64,000 nucleotides of DNA from Octopus vulgaris (GCA_951406725.2 OX597814.1:27838001-27902000); one strand, 5' to 3'. Shown: positions 21,001 to 37,480, counted from the first letter of the stretch. A program made the numbers and translations. Notes: generated by a model from the sequence alone, not told the origin.

Positions 21001-21143
21001 ACACACACACGCACACTCACACACACGCACACTCACACACACATACGCATACGCATACACACATCATGGTGGTACTCCCCGAAGATCATAAAGGAATGGC
21101 TTAAACATGTAAAAGGATACCTTTTATTTGTGCATGTATCTAC

Positions 21144-21199
<56 letters not shown>

Positions 21200-21293
21200 G
21201 TGTGTGTATGTGTGTGTATGTACAGTAAACACCAGTGTTTATTACTTTTGTTAAACCACATTATATGGGGTAAATCCAAAGATTTTAGCAGTC

Positions 21294-21328
<35 letters not shown>

Positions 21329-21401
21329 TATATACACACTAATAATACATACATAAATACATACATACATGCATGCATGCATACATACATACATACATAC
21401 A

Positions 21402-21435
<34 letters not shown>

Positions 21436-22043
21436 CATACGTGTGTGTTATAAAAAGTTGGAGGTCACAGATGAAAGGCTAAAAAGGAAACAGGTGAAGG
21501 TCAAGGATCGAAATGTGTTAGCGATAGATTTTCTATACAGTGGTGGTAGTAGTGGTGGTGGTGGCGATGGTGGTGGTGGTGGTGGTGGTGGTGGTGGCGG
21601 CGGTGGTGGTGGTGGTAGTGGTGATGATAGGTATTAGGCGGAGAAGATTATTTATTTATTGATGCTTATTTGTTGTTATTTAAAGGAGGAAGAAAAAAAA
21701 GCCAATTGTAAATACAGAGGGGAAGGAGGGAAATAAAGGAAGGAGAGAAAGAAAGATGAATGTGATGGAAAGAGAGAAAGAAAAACAAAATGAAAGCTGT
21801 AAAATGAAAATCTGAAATGAATTTCTGAATTTGACAAAGTGACACAACCATATAAATGTGTGCAGTGTAAGGTTGATATTGATCAAGTCGATCGGTAGTA
21901 CTTGAATGGTACTTTAAGTTTATCAGCTCATGTAAAGATGGATCTCAGAGCGTATCTAGTTGGGATTTAAACTCAGAAATTAAAGATGTAACTAAATATT
22001 TTGATGTTAGCTAAAAGGTGGAGACGCGATACGTAACTAAAAA

Positions 22044-22464
22044 ACCTATTTCTTTACTACCCACAAGGGGCTAAACACAGAAAGGACAAACAAGGACAGA
22101 CAAACGGATTAAGTCGACTATATCGACTCCAGTGCGTAACTGGTACTTATTTAATCGACCCCGGAAGGATGAAAGGCAAAGTCGACTTCGGCGGAATTTG
22201 AACTCAGAATGTTAGCGGCAGACGAAATACCTATTTCTTTATTATCCACAAGGGGCTAAACACAGAGGGGACAAACAAGGACAGACATCGGTATTAAGTC
22301 GATTACATCGACCCCAGTGCGTAACTGGTACTTAATTTATCGACCCCGGAAGGATGAAAGGCAAAGTCGACCTCGGCGGAATTTGAACTCAGAACGTTAG
22401 CGGCAGACGAAATACCGCTAAGCATTTAGCCCGGCGCGCTAACGTTTCTGCCAGCTCGCCGCCT
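22044..22464 (-). mobile_element. SINE family B with internal tandem duplication
   Basis: Two body/tail copies; TSD ATACGTAACTA at 22029-22039 and 22468-22478. Confidence 0.9.
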
Positions 22465-22618
22465 TATATACGTAACTATAAAATACTGCTTAGCATTTTG
22501 TTTGCTGCTCTACCTTTTCTGCAATTATAAAATCAAAGACAAGAATAGTGGGTAGAGAAGATACACATAGGTAATAGTTTAAAACAAAACGGATACGTGT
22601 TTGTGTGTGTGTGTGTGT

Positions 22619-22663
<45 letters not shown>

Positions 22664-22812
22664 AGAGAACAGTATTATTCCGAAAAACAATAACGTTAGT
22701 GACCGCGAGCGTAAAAGCCGTATAGGCAAAATTAATAATTATATATAAGCTATATAATATGCCCTAGTATGTTTAAAGTACTCTAGTGTATATAAATACA
22801 TTTGTATATCTC

Positions 22813-22872
<60 letters not shown>

Positions 22873-22879
22873 ATATAGG

Positions 22880-22949
<70 letters not shown>

Positions 22950-23098
22950 CATATACATACTACTATCTATCTATCTATCTATCAATTTCTCTCTCGATAT
23001 ATATATATATATATGAATGTACATGTATATATATATATATATATATACACATGTACATTCATATATATATAGAGAGAGAGAAATAGATAGATAGACAG

Positions 23099-23099
23099 A

Positions 23100-23145
<46 letters not shown>

Positions 23146-23274
23146 GGTGGTGGTGGTGGTGGTGGTGGTGGTGGTGGTGGTGGTGGTGGTGGTGGTGGTG
23201 GTGGTTGTGGTGGTGGTGGTGGTGGTGGTGTTGTGTTGGTGGTGGTGGTGGTGGTGGTGGTGGTGGTGTTGGTG

Positions 23275-23334
<60 letters not shown>
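23099..23334. repeat. (AGT)n/(GGT)n compound microsatellite
   Basis: Direct reading. Confidence 0.97.
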
Positions 23335-23399
23335 AATGCATTTATAGATATAGCTCAGAAATTACCTTGCTGTGGGTAAGGTACAACAGGTAGAACATT

Positions 23400-23790
23400 T
23401 CTTTGGGGTTCTTTTTCTGCAGTGGAGGGCATGGGATCTTGGGACATAAAACGTCACATATCATTGTCAGTCGCCCAGTTGTTAGTGATGTTTAGGCTTC
23501 GCTGGAGAGCATAAACATCATCGTTTGCTTTGGTCTCTCGATCACTTCAGTGTCATCCTCATAACTGCTGAGTGTGGGCGATTATATATTTTTGGCAATG
23601 TCTAATATTATTGAATTTAACAAAAGGGGACTCATATCGTTGCCTTTTTGCACTCCGCTATTTAATGTAAGTGTTTTCGAATAGGCTCATTTGACTACCA
23701 TCATTTTAGGAAGCGAGTGATCCAAACATCCAACCTTCTTGGTAAACCAACGGTCTTCAGTTTTCCATGGTTGCACACCAACGGCGCAAA
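23400..23790 (-). pseudogene. Highly decayed non-LTR RT fragment
   Basis: Minus strand LNSGVQKGNDMSPLLLN (~23615-23666) resembles the GVxQGDxLSPLLF motif; boundaries approximate. Confidence 0.4.
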
Positions 23791-24830
23791 GTAATATCAG
23801 CTTTACGAAATGGAGAAGGTACATATATTGCACTGATTAAAATATTCTGGCAACTGCCTAAAAACTAAGGGGATTATTTTGATAGATGTCTCTTAGCTGA
23901 CAAATACATATTTGGTAATTATCAAATACCAAGGTAAAATCAAATTATATACAGTTCACACTTGATCTAAGTAATTATACACAGTCCTCACTTGATCTAG
24001 TAAACTCTTTTGAGTTTCGTTGTGTTGTTGCAGATAGTTTCTTGTTTTGTTCTAAATAGTTTTATTACCCTTCTAAGCAAGGTTTTTTTCCAGGACGTTT
24101 GAGAAATAAGTTGTGACACAGATCTGTAATTATTTCTGTGTCCAACTTCTACATTTTTTTTTAACCGGTGCCATTATTGATTCTTTAAACACTTCTGATA
24201 GCCGTCCAACATCGAAATAGCTTTAACAGAATATTTTCAGGTGACTAGCAACTCTAATTTTGTAGGAGCGAAGAAATATGTTTGAAGTCTGAGATTGTGT
24301 CAAGGTAACATATTGATTCAAATATCTCTTGTTCAGTTAAATTCATATGCATAAGATTACCATGAAAAGGTATTGGCTTGTAAGATATATAATTTCAAAA
24401 CAGTGACTCCCGTACGTAGCAGGATCGGATTAAATTTATCTTCTTGCCCATCCAGAGTTGTTTTCCTTCATAAGAAATGCGGTACCAGTGGTCATTTCTA
24501 ATTGCTATCACAGATGAGCATTTCATTTGGGTCAGTTTCCACAGACTGACTCTAAACTTGTGTCAAAAAAAGTTAAGAATCTTGACTGAAGTGCTTCGCA
24601 TACATCCTTGTTTTTATTCTAATTGTATTTTGTAGTTATTTCCGGCAGTTGTCTGCACTATGTTATTGCAATATACGGTGGATGATTTTCAAAAGATTCA
24701 CATCGCACCGAGGGAACAAGGTAATATCAGCTTAGGGAAGCAGAGAAGGTACATATATTGAACTGATTAAAATACTCTGGCAATATCCTAAACATCGAGG
24801 CAATTGTTTTAATAGATGAAAAATAATTAT

Positions 24831-25257
24831 TAGGCACAGGAGTGGCTGTGTGGATAGGCGCAGGAGTGGCTGTGTGGCATAGGCGCAGGAGTGGCTGTGT
24901 GGTAAGTAGCTTGCTTACCAGCCACATGGTTCCGGGTTCATTCCCACTGCGTGGCACCTTGGGCAAGTGTCTTTTCCTATAGCCAAAGGCCGACCAAAGC
25001 CTTGTGAGTGGATTTGGTAGACAGAAACTGAAAGAAGCCTGTCGTATATATGTGTGTGTGTATATGTTTGTGTGTCTGTGTTTGTCACCCCAACATCGCT
25101 CGAAAACCGATGGTGGTGTGTTTACGTCCCCGTCACTTAGCTGTTCGGCAAAAGTGACCGATAGAATAAGTCCCGAGGTCGATTTGCTCGACTAAAGGCA
25201 GTGCTCCAGCATGGCCGCTGTCAAATGACTGAAACAAGTAAAAGAGGGTAAAAGAGA
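24831..25257 (+). mobile_element. SINE family A with triplicated 5' end
   Basis: Homology to 212-627. Confidence 0.88.
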
Positions 25258-25527
25258 AAAAAAATAGGCCATTATGAGATTCTACCTACATCAGGGCCAC
25301 GTCCACCCTTGAACAACACCTCGCCTGACGTACATTCACTGTTCTCCAGTTTAAATAGATACTCGCATTAGACACCTTCACTAAATGTAGATACTATTCA
25401 GACTAATTTTGCATTTCCAAATCATAACTACACAAATAATCAACCTACTCGGAATGCCCTATTTCACATTCAACTTGCCACACAAACTCAATTTCTTTAT
25501 TGAAATTTGCATGATAATACAGTATAT

Positions 25528-25699
25528 AGGCGCAGGAGTGGCTGTGTGGTAAGTAGCTTGCTAACCAACCGCATGGTTGCGGGTTCAGTCCCACCACGTG
25601 GCATCTTGGGCAAGTGTCTTCTGCTATAGCCCCGGGCCGACCAATGCCTTGTGAGTGGATTTGGTAGACGGAAACTGAAAGAAGCCTGTCGTATATATG

Positions 25700-25753
<54 letters not shown>

Positions 25754-25962
25754 TTTGTGTGTCTGTGTTTGTCCCCTAGCATTGCTTGACAACTGATGCT
25801 GGTGTGTTTATGTCCCCGTTACTTAGCGGTTCGGCAAAGGAGACCGATAGAATAAGTACTGGGCTTACAAAGAATAAGTTCCGGGGTCGATTTGATCGAC
25901 TAAAGGCGGTGCTCCAGCATGGCCACAGTCAAATGACTGAAACAAGTAAAAGAGTAAAAGAG
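25528..25962 (+). mobile_element. SINE family A
   Basis: Full-length homology to 212-627. Confidence 0.9.
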
Positions 25963-26230
25963 AATATTCAAGAAAACATGACATCTGACAAATTTGTAGG
26001 AACGCCTTTATAATTCTTCTGGAAATTCCTAGAATTTCTTTAAATTTCTTACTTTTTATGTTTCTTGTACATAGTCCATGGCTGATGAAAAAGTGAACTA
26101 TGGCCCCTTTTCTCATTATATTTTGTCTATTTTATATTCCCGCCGTTGTTGCTAATTATCGAACTTTCAGCAATTTTTTTCACATGATATATTTTGATGT
26201 TTGATGAAACAGGAAGAAATGAAACAGCAC

Positions 26231-27078
<848 letters not shown>

Positions 27079-27566
27079 GAGGCGCATCGCTTAGTGGTCA
27101 GGATATTGAATACATGATTGTAAGACCTTCGTTTCAATTCTTGGATCGGGCGAAGTGTTGAGTTCTCCAGTCCACCCAACTGGCAAAAATGAGTAATCCT
27201 CGAACGGATCGAACGGATTGGCGTCCTGTCCAAAGATGTGGTCGGAAAATATATACGCCATAGAACCCAAGAAACCGGCCTCGTGAGCCTATACTTCGAA
27301 AAGGACCTTTGATCCTTTTGATGCATGGATGTAAGCACCAAGCTTTACATGTTTACTGATGTATGTGTATGTGTGCGCCCATGTTGAATTTCAACGGTGT
27401 TTCGTGTTCTGCTACCACAACAACTCCTTTATAGGATCCAGTTAGCTCAAGACATGATCAGGAGGAACCACGTCCGGTTTCGGCCCCTACTCCTCTACCG
27501 TTTTGACGTGCCCACCCACCCTTCCTTTTAGAGGTGTCTTCAGCTCATGAATATGTATTTCTTTGT

Positions 27567-27955
27567 GGAGGCGCAATGGCCCAGTGGTTAGGGCAGCGGA
27601 CTCGCGGTCGTAGGATCGCGGTTTCGATTCCCAGACTGGGCGTTGTGAGTGTTTATTGAGCGAAAACACCTAAAAGCTCCACGAGGCTCCGGCAGAGGAT
27701 GGTGGTGATCCCTGCTGTACTCTTTCACCACAACTTTCTCTCACTCTTACTTCCTGTTTCTGTTGTACCTGTATTTCAAGGGGCCGGCCTTGTCACTCTC
27801 TGTGTCACGCTGAATATCCCCGAGAACTACGTTAAGGGTACACGTGTCTGTGGAGTGCTCAGCTACTTACACGTTAATTTCACGAGCAGGCTGTTCCGTT
27901 GATTCGGATCAACCGGAATCCTCATCGTCGTAACTGATGGAGTGCTTCCATTCCA
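27567..27955 (+). mobile_element. tRNA-derived SINE (head type C, tail type X)
   Basis: TGGCCCAGTGG A-box, GTTTCGATTCC B-box; flanked by a ~115-120 bp direct repeat. Confidence 0.88.
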
Positions 27956-28239
27956 TAGGTCAAGACATCATCAGGAGGAACCACGTCCGGTTTCGGCCCC
28001 TACTCCTCTACCGTTTTGACGTGCCCCCCTTCCTTTTGGAGGTGTCTTCAGCTCATGAATATGTATTTCTTTGTAAGTAAATATAAACGAGACATTGGTT
28101 ATGTCACTTACTGTTTCAGAAGCTGTGCTTCAAAAATCCAGAAAAGACACGATTAATTAAGAAAATACAATTAAATGCCATTAATGGAACCCTTAAAGTA
28201 TTCAAAAGATTCCACTAGTTTACTCTGTACTACATACCT

Positions 28240-28580
28240 GTGAAAGCGCATGGCTCACTGGTTAGAGCGTCGAGCTTACGATCGTGAGGTTGTGAGTTCG
28301 AATCCCGGACCGGACTGCGTGTTGTGTTCTTGAGCAAGACACTTTATTTCACATTGCTCCAGTTCACTCAGCTGTAGAAATGAGTTGCGACGTCACTGGT
28401 GCCAAGCTGTATCGGCCCCTTTGCCTTTCCCATGGATAACATCAGTGGTGTAGAGAGGGGAGGTCGGTATGCATGGGCGACTGCTGGTCTTCCATAAACA
28501 ACCTTGCCCGGACTTGTAACTGGGAGGCTAACTTTCTAGGTGCAATCCCACGGTCAGTCATGACCGAAGGGGGGTCTCAA
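28240..28580 (+). mobile_element. tRNA-derived SINE (head type D, tail type Y)
   Basis: TGGCTCACTGG and AGTTCGAATCC boxes, TTGTGTTCTTGAGCAAGACACTT core; similar heads at ~27078 and ~40870. Confidence 0.85.
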
Positions 28581-28914
28581 CATACCTATACATTTGAATT
28601 GGAAAACAAACGTATGCTTAAATACACATACATGCATAATTTAAAGAAACATACACGAGTCAAAGTACACAACACGAATGCTATTATATATGCATGCACA
28701 CATGTATATATGCTTTTAGATAGATTGATCCATGACTATCTAGGTGATGTCTATATTCCAATAAAACAACCTTATTTCTCGTTTGGCAAGCTGTTCATTT
28801 TCTATAAGAGAGGAATATTAAAACTGAAATCTGAACATACATACATGCATTTATGCGTATACATAGGTGCATACATATACATATATGTTTGTGCGTACGA
28901 GCACGTGTTTGCAT

Positions 28915-30470
<1,556 letters not shown>

Positions 30471-30804
30471 TGTGTGCGTGCGTGGCATCGCACACACCCC
30501 GAGCCAAAAAAATAACAATAAAACAAACAGATTAAACAACTTTACAAAAACAACACCAGCCGCATTTCATCACAATCAACAACAACAACAAAACAACTAA
30601 AAAGAAGCAATAAATAAAACAGGTAAAGCAGCAGCAGTAGCAGCAGCAGCAGCAGTAACAACAACAGCAACAACAACAGCATTAGAAAAGGGTGGGTGGA
30701 CCAGCAATGAGAGCAGGGGGAGAGAAGTGTGTTTGTGCTGTTGGGTTATAGTGCGATTAAATGACATTCAGTTGATATCTTCAAGGTCACATAAATACGT
30801 ATAC

Positions 30805-32026
30805 TGTGGTGGTGATGGCGGTGGCGGTGGTGGTGGTGGTGGTAGTGCAGATGGAGGTGGCTGCGATGGCGATGATGATGGCGACGATGATGATGATGGT
30901 GATGATGATGATGGTGATGACGAGGATGATGGTGGTGGTGGTGGTGGTGGTGGTAAGTGCATTTGTGATGGTGGTGGTGGTGGTGGTGGTGGTGATTGTG
31001 GCGGCGGTGATAGTGGTGATGGCGGTGGTGGCTCGAGTTGTAGTAGTAGCTACGATGATGACGATAGTAGTAGTGGTGATGGTGGCTGTGGTGGTGGCTG
31101 TGGTGGTGGTGGTGGTGGTGGTGGTAAGTGCATTTGTGATGGTGGTGGTGGTGGTGGTGCGGATGGAGGTGGCTGCGATGGTGATGATGATGGCGACGAT
31201 GATGATGATGGTGGTGATGATGATGATGATGGTGATGACGAGGATGATGGTGATGGTGGTGGTGGTGGTGGTAAGTGCATTTGTGATGGTGGTGGTGGTG
31301 GTGGTGGTGATTGTGGCGGCGATACTGATCGAGGATGGTGGTAGTGGTTGTGATAGTGGTTTATAATGATGGTGGTGGTGGAGGTGGAACAAATTGTGGT
31401 AATAGCTATGGTGGTGGTGGTGGTGGTGGTGGTGGTGGTGGTGGTGGTGGTGGTGGTGGTGGTGGTGGTGGTGGTGGTGGCGGTGATAGTGGTGATGGCG
31501 GTGGTGGCTCGAGTTGTAGTAGTAGCTATGATGATGACGATAGCAGTAGTGGTGATGGTGGCTGTGGTGGTGGCTGTGGTGGTGGTGGTGGTGGTGGTGG
31601 TGGTGGTGGTGGTGGTGGTGGTGGTGGTGGTGGTGGTGGTGGTGAAGGCGATGATAATGGAAGACGTGGTGCTTGTGGAACAGATTGTGTGTGTGTGTGG
31701 CGGGGTTGCTACGTTGGTGGTATTAGCAGTGTTGGGGTGGTAGTGGCGGTGGTGTTGGTGTTGGAATTCATGGTGGCGGTGGTAATGATGGTACGTATGC
31801 TGTTGGTGGTGACGGTGGGGGCCAATAGTAGAAGCGCTGTGTATAGTGGTGATGCTCCACATTGTGGTGATAGCAATGGTGGAAGTTGTGGTCCTAGTAG
31901 TACAGGCTGCGGTAGTGGTGGTTGTGGTTGTGGTGGTGGTGGTGATGGAATAGTTGCTGGTGGTAGAGTGGTAGAGATGGTGATGTTGATGGCGATGATC
32001 GTGTTGGTGGTGAATGACAGTAGTAA

Positions 32027-32076
<50 letters not shown>

Positions 32077-32128
32077 ATGGTAGTTTTAGTGGTGGTGGTG
32101 ATGAGGATTGTAGTAATGGTGGTAGTAG
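30805..32128. repeat. (GGT)/(GAT)/(AGT) trinucleotide field with higher-order internal duplications
   Basis: Blocks such as GGTAAGTGCATTTGTGAT (x3) and GGCTCGAGTTGTAGTAGTAGCTA (x2) recur. Confidence 0.92.
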
Positions 32129-33939
32129 AGTTACTGTTGTTTGCTCTTTTTTTTTTCTTTAGCCCCAGGTCAACACTGATTGACCAAACCTATGGTCAAA
32201 TACAGTTAATTCCGATTACCGTAATTTTTTTCAGGCATAATGCACCTAGGACTACATTATCCAGTGAGTCCTTTCAATTTGGGAGCAATCTAAGGTGTCA
32301 TTTAAGGGAGTTATGACTGTTGTTTCTAGCAGTTTGTACAGCCACGTAACCATGTAATATGTCCCTTGCTGGGTATTAGCAGTAAAGGTAGTTGTAGTAG
32401 TAGTAGTGGTGTACGAGTGATCGTATAGGCGATGGTTGGGATAGTGGTATAGGTGCTGATGATGGTGGTAGTGTTTAAGTAATTTATAGTTGTGCCTGTA
32501 GTATAGGGGTGTACTTGCAAGTAGTTGCACTGATCTGATGTTAGTATTGTTATCGCTGTTTAACCCCGGGACAACTCTGGCGGGATGATTGTGATGGTAA
32601 CATTATACTGACCGTATGGCTTGGAGGGAGGGCAGTAATGTTTGTAACAGTAGAGGTGCAAGTGTTGTTAGTGGTTCTAGCAATCGTTGAGGCTACAGTA
32701 GCGGTGGTTGTAGTGGTGATGGTATATTGGTTTTGGTGCTAGTGGTGATAACGATTGTAGCTTCAACACAGTTCAGGTGCTGGTATTTAGGGTGAAACCA
32801 TGATCAAAGCACATCATTGATTAAAAACATTCCAAGCAGGACCATCCCGTATATTATTGTGCTCTTCCATTAAGACGTAGGCATGATTAAAAAGATTTGG
32901 CTGACATTTCTAGCAGGTGCAGTAACCGGGCAGAGGCTCTTTCACTGACTCTTAAATACTTGTGTCGGTGTAGTTGCTGTTTAACACTAGGTCAATCGTC
33001 ATCAAGTAGAACTATTATCAAAAACATTCTAACCGTGACCAACACTGTTATATAATGTCCATCACATTTTTAACGCGGCAGGATGAAATTCGAAGCAGAT
33101 TTGACTGCTATTTCTAGCAGGTCGAATGACCACATCGAGGCTGCTTCATTGGCACTGATATTGTAAATGGTAGTGGTAGCGGTGATGATTTTTTAAGTGT
33201 AGGTGGTGATTGCTGTGGTAGTAGTGAAAGTATAGGTGGTGATAGTGGTGATGGTTTGGTAGCGGCGGTGGTAATAGTTGTCTCAGTATAGGCTTCAGTA
33301 ATGATAGTGGTGGTGATGGATGAGAGTGGTGTGGTGTGGTGTTGTGGTGCTGTCGATAGTGGAAAATACGATTGAGAATAGAAACAATATATCCGTCAAG
33401 GGACAGCATCCCCAGGGAGTGTTCAGCATACTAAGTACACAGAGAGAGAGAGAGAGAAAGAGAGAGAGGGGAGAGAGAGAGAGAGAGAGGAGAGTGAGTG
33501 TGTGAGTGAGTGAGAGAGGGAGAGTAGTGTCTAAAGTACAAGTGCAATATTGGGAATTGAACAACTTCGATTAACTGAGATTATCCTCGCAATTAACAAG
33601 CAGATACTCCATCTGGGTGTGTTTAAAATCTGAAAACAACAAACAAGGAAGATAACTCCTAAAGGATCAGCTAATCGAAGTTTTGGGAAAATAAAGATGA
33701 TGAAGTTGGGAGGGAGTGGAGTCTTTAAAGCTAACTAGTGCAAGCAAGAAAGGTTTCGAGCTTATCATATCTTATCAACGAAGTATATTCTGCTCAGTTG
33801 GCAAAACTAGAAGTTATCAATATACAGAAATAGTGGAAATCACTCTGGTTATGAATATTAATAATTTGACTCGGGCCTCAAAGGTGCGTTCTGCATGTTA
33901 AAATATACATACGTTAGAGTCTTTCTCTCTCTGTGTCCC

Positions 33940-33976
<37 letters not shown>

Positions 33977-33980
33977 CTCG

Positions 33981-34015
<35 letters not shown>

Positions 34016-34049
34016 CGCACACACACACACATACACACACACACACACA

Positions 34050-34087
<38 letters not shown>

Positions 34088-34089
<2 letters not shown>

Positions 34090-34294
34090 TTTTATTCTTT
34101 TACTTGTTTCAGTCATTTGACTGCGGCCATGCTGAAGCACCGCTTTTAGTCGAGTAAATTGACCCCAGAACTTATTCTTTGTAAGCCTAGTACTTATTCT
34201 ATCGGTCTCTTTTGCCGAACCGCTAAGTTACGGGGACGTAAACATACAAACATCGGTTGTCAAGCGATGATGGGGGCGGAACACGCACACACAC

Positions 34295-34336
<42 letters not shown>

Positions 34337-34441
34337 CGACGGGCTTCTTTCAGTTTCCGTCTACCAAATAGACTCACAAGGCTTTGGTTGACTCGAGGCT
34401 ATAGTAGAAGACACTTGCTCAAGGTCGGAACCATGTGGTTG
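34088..34441 (-). mobile_element. SINE family A (5' part deleted)
   Basis: Reverse-complement homology to 212-627. Confidence 0.85.
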
Positions 34442-34489
34442 GGAAATATATCTGTTTTTCTGTTTGTCTGTCTGTCTATCTGTCTCACC

Positions 34490-34527
<38 letters not shown>

Positions 34528-34932
34528 TATTTATTCCTTCACAATACTCATTCCTTTGGAAGCTCTCCTAGATTAATGAGATTAATGTTATTCCTCTTGA
34601 GCTTTTGCAAGTCAACGTCTAGCAAAGAAGAATATGAAAAGCCAGGGACTTCCAGAGGCCAACTTCATATCAAGGAAGGACTGGGATTCTGGTCAGCGCG
34701 GATAATGAGAAACTGGACGCAAAAAATGTGATGGTGAAAGAGCGACGAGTTGGACATGAGCGTCCGAGTGGAGGTGGCATTAATCTAGTTGGTTCCACTA
34801 TAGTGTCGGTAAGAAGGCAGAAAGAGGACACCTGAGGGCTATAAGCTGGTGCGTGTCTGTGAGTGACGTTATGCTAATGACTCGGGCAGCCCTTTTCTGG
34901 GAGTGATCTAAAATGTTTGAGTGTGCAGCAGC

Positions 34933-35170
34933 AATACCTATTTCTTTATTACCCACAAGGGGCTAAACATAGAGGGGACAAACAAGGACAGACATAGGTA
35001 TTAAGTCGATTACATCGACCCCAGTGCGTAACTGGTGCTTAATTTATCGACCCCGAAAGGATGAAAGGCAAAGTCGACCTCGGCGGAATTTGAACTCAGA
35101 ACGTAACGGCAGACGAAATACCGCAAAGCATTTCGCCCGGCGTGCTAACGTTTCTCCCAGCTCGCCGCCT
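34933..35170 (-). mobile_element. SINE family B, full length
   Basis: TSD TGCAGCAGCAATAC at 34924-34937 and 35171-35184. Confidence 0.92.
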
Positions 35171-36045
35171 TGCAGCAGCAATACTGTCCCAGATGTAAGA
35201 ACAATACTTCACTGTGGGCCGCGCCTGAGCTGTCTGTGTAGAATGATCAGTAATTGCTTGGAGATCAAATATCTTCTGACCCTGATGAGAAGAGCCAGTC
35301 GTTCGGATGCAAGCTTCGTTGTGTTATGTATAATATAATGAACTGAAAATATTCAATTAACTCAAGTTATTCAGACACCTGGCAGATTTTGAATTTTTTA
35401 ATGAGTTAATTTTATATTTTCAGATCTGAAAAATAATTTAAATAAAGAATATTTAATAAAAAAATCATTTAAAAATAAAGATATTGAGAGCAACAAACAT
35501 ATCTGTTGTTTTCACCGGTTGGTTTGAGAAATCAACGCCCACTCATGAATATCGTCTTTAATTAAAAAAAAAAAAACGAAACAAAAAAAAACCAGAAAAA
35601 GCCTGTTCGCTGAAATTATTTTATTAGAGTTATCTCCCTTAGTTATATTTTTTTTAAAAATAAATTATACTGGGAACTTTTGCTCACAGTCGATAGTCTC
35701 AGTTAATCGAAGATTTTCATTGCACTGTATTTGTACATGGGTAGAATCATTAGCTTCTTAGACAGAATACCCAGCGATATTTGTTTTGAACCATTGCTCT
35801 CTGAGTTCAAATCCCGCTACAGTCAACTTTGCATTTCAGCCTTTCGGAGTCGTTATAGACACCAGTCTTGCGCTGTGGATTTAAAAAACAAAAAGACAAA
35901 CATAAATCATCGAACCAGATGTCGAGCAGTATTTGCTCCGGCTCATTGCGTTTTGAGTTCAAATCTGCCAAATGCTACTTAGGTGATCAATTTCATCTGT
36001 TGCTCGGTTTAATACCACTACCGGGCTCTCAGTGTTCTCTCAGCT

Positions 36046-36840
36046 GAGTCCACTCTATTGAAATGCATTCGGGGCTAGGTTTACGGTTTGAGGCTATCTT
36101 ACTCTGTTCCTTTCACCAGTCTCGGAGTCCCTATAAAGGGTCACAGGCACTGCCTAACCTGACTAGAAGACAAAGTAAAATGTGTGAAACCCTTTGGAAC
36201 GTGATCGAGATGTCGAAATGGTTATGATGGTATTGGTGTCTGTTCCTTTCACCAGTCTCGGAGTCCCTATAAAGGGTCACAGGCACTCTCTAACCTGACT
36301 AGAAGACAAAGTAAAATGTGTGAAACCCTGTGGAACGTGATCGAGATGTCCAAATGGTTATGATGGTATTGGTGGTGGTGGTAGTGGTGGTGGAGTCCAC
36401 TCTATTGCATGCATTCGGGGGTAGGTTTACGGTTTGAGGCTATCTTACTCTGTTCCTTTCACCAGTCTCGGGGTCCCTATAAAGGGTCACAGGCACTGCC
36501 TAACCTGACTAGAAGACAAAGTAAAATGTGTGAAACCCTGTGGAACGTGATCGAGATGTCGAAATGGTTATGATGGTATTGGTGGTGGTGGTAGTGGTGG
36601 TGGAGTCCACTCTATTGCATGCATTCGGGGGTAGGTTTACGGTTTGAGGCTATCTTACTCTGTTCCTTTCACCAGTCTCGGAGTCCCTATAAAGGGTCAC
36701 AGGCACTGCCTAACCTGACTAGAAGACAAAGTAAAATATGTGAAACCCTGTGGAACGTGATCGAGATGTCGAAATGGTTATGATGGTATTGGTGGTGGTG
36801 GTGGTGGTAGTGGTGGTGGTAGTGGTAGTGGTGGTGGAGT
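36046..36840. repeat. Tandem repeat, ~210-bp unit, about 3.7 copies
   Basis: GAGTCCACTCTATTG recurs at 36046, 36393 and 36603; second unit lacks its 5' part. Confidence 0.93.
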
Positions 36841-37480
36841 TTCTAGCGATAAAGATTTGCGGTGATTGTGATATTGTTGTTGTTGTTGCTGTTGTTGTTG
36901 ACCCCATGTCAGCTTTGAGTCAGCTGACATCTCTTCGAATCATTCCTGGCATGATCAATATGGATTTTTAAAGAAAGGCGCTAGTTGTGTAATTCGGCTG
37001 CTATTTGAAGAATTATTGGTGCGTCGGACAAAATGCTTTGCGGCATTGCTTTCCTGCACATTACGCTCTGAGTTCAAATTCCACCCAGGTCGACTTTGCC
37101 TTTTCATCCTTTCGGGGTCAATAAAATAGGTGCCAGTTGAGCACTGGCGTCGATGTAATCGTCTTATCCCCTTTTCTATAAGCGCTGGCCTTGTGCCTAA
37201 ATAGAAAAAATTATTATTAATATTTCTCTTAAATAATGTACCGAGGCGTGCATTGTCCAACAAATCCCTTTTTAAAACTGCTGGATAGGTCTTGGGGGGA
37301 GATTTAGCTGCTGTATCTAGCAGTGGAGTGACCATATAGTGAACCCCCTTCCCATCCTTCTTGTTATTAACCTTGTTCACTTTAAGTCGGTGCTGATCAA
37401 ACAGGCGTATGATCAAAGATAATCCAACCTTGACCATCCCATCGCATCATTATATCTATCGCGTGTTGCTTAGTTGTAGA

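Noticed and set aside
27567-28312. tRNA-like sequences at 27567 and 28240 as tRNA genes
   Set aside because: They continue into SINE bodies and lack a clean acceptor stem and terminator; treated as SINE heads.
30727-32162. Gly/Asp/Cys-rich ORFs resembling structural proteins
   Set aside because: Several frames on both strands are open because of the GGT/GAT composition; no signal peptide or splice evidence.
36046-36840. CRISPR-like array
   Set aside because: Eukaryotic context, whole units repeat without unique spacers, no cas genes.
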